A stretch of DNA of 64,000 bases from Deltaproteobacteria bacterium (GTDB lineage: Bacteria; Desulfobacterota; Desulfarculia; Adiutricales; Adiutricaceae). The notes beneath the pieces are model-generated. The model saw only the letters and a program-made list of their open reading frames with translations. It made no database searches and was not told the DNA's origin. Position 1 is the first letter of the stretch; each line of letters opens with the position of its first letter. This document shows positions 62,457-64,000 of the stretch, piece after piece. The DNA lies in contig JAISWW010000140.1 of assembly GCA_031270705.1 (NCBI GenBank), positions 722 through 64,721 on the forward strand, in the 5' to 3' direction. The position numbers were made by a program, and so were the translations under genes.

Positions 62457-63986
62457 TCAAGATTTCTTTAAAGCCCTATTAACGAAACTTTGAAAATAAC
62501 TTTGATCCGTTAACAATAAACAGCCATCATAAGCTGGGGTGCCGCCGCCAGTTCTAGCCAGATTCTCGGCCAAGCGCCAACCCCGGTCATCCACGTCCCC
62601 GTAGATCACCAAGATGTCGGCCTGTCCGCCCCACTGAGCCTTTAAGCGGCCCAGAGCGGCTAAAACCTCGGAGTCCGAGCCAGCCCAGCGCAAATCCGAC
62701 CAAACCAAAACCGTTTTCTGGCCAGGGACGGATCGGGGCTCATATAAACCATCAAAGGCCGGGGCCAGGGAGACGGCTTGGCTATCCAGCTTTAAAGATC
62801 TAATGGCCCGGGTCACGAGGGGCCGATTAAAATATGTCGGCCCAATAGCGTTTTTCGTCTCCGTTAGCTCGGTCTCGTCCTCAGTCCACCAGGTTTTGAT
62901 TTTTCTGGTCGTCTTTTCGACCAGACCTGAAGCTTGGGCGTAAGAAACTGACTTAACCCCCACTATTAAAGGCGAGTTATCGGGAATCTGGCCAATAACG
63001 CGCTCTAGGCCCGTTAAAACTCGGCCTGGCCGCGAATAACCCGCGCAGGCTGAGGCTTCCAAGCGACTTCGGCCAGGGGCGACCTGACCCCAAGCTCCGG
63101 CTTGGCCAGAGAGATCCACCAAAAAAAACAAACCCGATTGCGTGGCCGCCTCGGCTTTGTCTCTAGCCAAGCGCCGGGGGCTAGCCTCAAAATCGCGGTG
63201 ATCCGTGGCTTCGGTCAAATAAACCCGAAACCAGTTGCCGCCTTTGGGCGTGGCTCGCTCGACCGCCGCTGGCCAACCAGCGGCGGACAGTCTTTCGGCT
63301 TCCGCTTTGGCTTCCCTTAAATCCTTAAAACTGCCCACATAGCGGCCATGAATCAAGTTTTTAAAACCCTGGCCAGTCACGGCCGGGGCTTGGGGCGACA
63401 TGGGGCGACCGGCCGTTTTTTGGGCTTGGGTCGAGACTTGGACTGAGCGCGTAACTACCGGAGCCGCTTGAACGGCTAAACGGGCGATCTCGCCTGGGTC
63501 CGCCGAGCCAATGACGCGCCAGTTGCCAATCTGGCCTTGGGCCAATAACCGGCGCCCTAAAATCTGGGCTTCCTCAACGTTCCCAAAAAGCCCCACGTTC
63601 ACTAAATAAAAATCCCCTACTGACCTAGTTTTGGATCTAAATAGGGATTTTTCTTTTTCAACCAAAGTTTTCTTGACCGTAAAAGCCAATAAACCTTTGG
63701 CCCGAAAAGCCGCGGCCGCGTTTTGCGCTGGCGGCTCATCCAAATAACTAGCCACCCAAACCGTATGATAAGCCTCGTCTTCGCCTAAATCAGCCGGAGC
63801 CACGCCCTCTGGGGCTTGGTCGCCCATGACGGTTAAGGATCTGGGCGGGGCGTTGGGATCCGGAGCCGTGTTGGACTCGGTCTTGTCCGCGGAGCCAAAA
63901 AAGCCACAAGCCGAAGCCACGGCTAAAAAAGACAGTAGTATTAGCGTCCTTAGGGCTGGCCAAAAGGGAGAAAAAATAGACAACAT
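62457..63986 (-). CDS. putative lipoprotein with SPOR-like repeats and a VWA-like C-terminal region
   Basis: Signal peptide plus LAVASAC (near-lipobox). SPOR-like segments YHTVWVASYLDEPPAQNAAAAFRAKG, FYLVNVGLFGNVEEAQILGRRLLAQG and GRYVGSFKDLREAKAEAERLSAAGW...WFRVYL. FFLVDLSGQ resembles a degenerate MIDAS. Confidence 0.55.
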   Translation of the reverse strand: MLSIFSPFWPALRTLILLSFLAVASACGFFGSADKTESNTAPDPNAPPRSLTVMGDQAPEGVAPADLGEDEAYHTVWVASYLDEPPAQNAAAAFRAKGLLAFTVKKTLVEKEKSLFRSKTRSVGDFYLVNVGLFGNVEEAQILGRRLLAQGQIGNWRVIGSADPGEIARLAVQAAPVVTRSVQVSTQAQKTAGRPMSPQAPAVTGQGFKNLIHGRYVGSFKDLREAKAEAERLSAAGWPAAVERATPKGGNWFRVYLTEATDHRDFEASPRRLARDKAEAATQSGLFFLVDLSGQAGAWGQVAPGRSRLEASACAGYSRPGRVLTGLERVIGQIPDNSPLIVGVKSVSYAQASGLVEKTTRKIKTWWTEDETELTETKNAIGPTYFNRPLVTRAIRSLKLDSQAVSLAPAFDGLYEPRSVPGQKTVLVWSDLRWAGSDSEVLAALGRLKAQWGGQADILVIYGDVDDRGWRLAENLARTGGGTPAYDGCLLLTDQSYFQSFVNRALKKS

Positions 63987-64000
63987 TGGCCAATAATAAG

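Overview
The window looks like chromosome from an anaerobic diderm bacterium. I cannot place the lineage; a delta-proteobacterium-like or related organism is only a guess. The core is mid-range in G+C, intergenic and accessory patches are very AT-rich, and many genes use TTG or GTG starts. I recognised no rRNA, tRNA or CRISPR array.

Layout:
- 1-7.8 kb: AT-rich accessory region. It holds a secreted Arg/Asp/Asn tandem-repeat protein, a membrane coiled-coil protein, a DUF4236 membrane protein and two tandem IS1634/IS4-like transposase paralogues (one intact-looking, one degenerate).
- 7.9-26 kb: core genes. These are ilvA, a methyl-accepting chemotaxis protein, a transposase-derived ORF without catalytic residues, a tightly coupled ABC-exporter operon ending in a DUF374 acyltransferase, a PHP phosphoesterase, a zinc-ribbon protein, a UPF0210 gene with a double-ACT gene, an amidohydrolase and bcp.
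- 26.6-41.1 kb: [FeFe]-hydrogenase maturation genes in two arms. The plus-strand arm is TM1266-like regulator, hydE, hydG and a methyltransferase. The minus-strand arm is hydF translationally coupled to an aspartase-family gene. Between them sits a duplicated hybrid histidine kinase / HD-GYP response regulator cassette. The kinases end in an uncharacterised ~60-aa repeat module. No hydrogenase structural gene is in the window.
- 41.7-51.1 kb: a minor-pilin operon preceded by a sigma54-type promoter and ending in a 1781-aa PilY1-like protein.
- 51.8-64 kb: a pbpC / alpha-2-macroglobulin pair, a tryptophanase/tyrosine-phenol-lyase family gene preceded by a Trp-containing leader ORF with alternative hairpins, and a SPOR/VWA-like lipoprotein.

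The best candidates for something new are the hydF-aspartase coupling, the post-Hpt repeat module, the Arg/Asp repeat protein, the tna-like leader and the transposase-derived ORFs. All calls come from reading motifs by eye. No database search was run.
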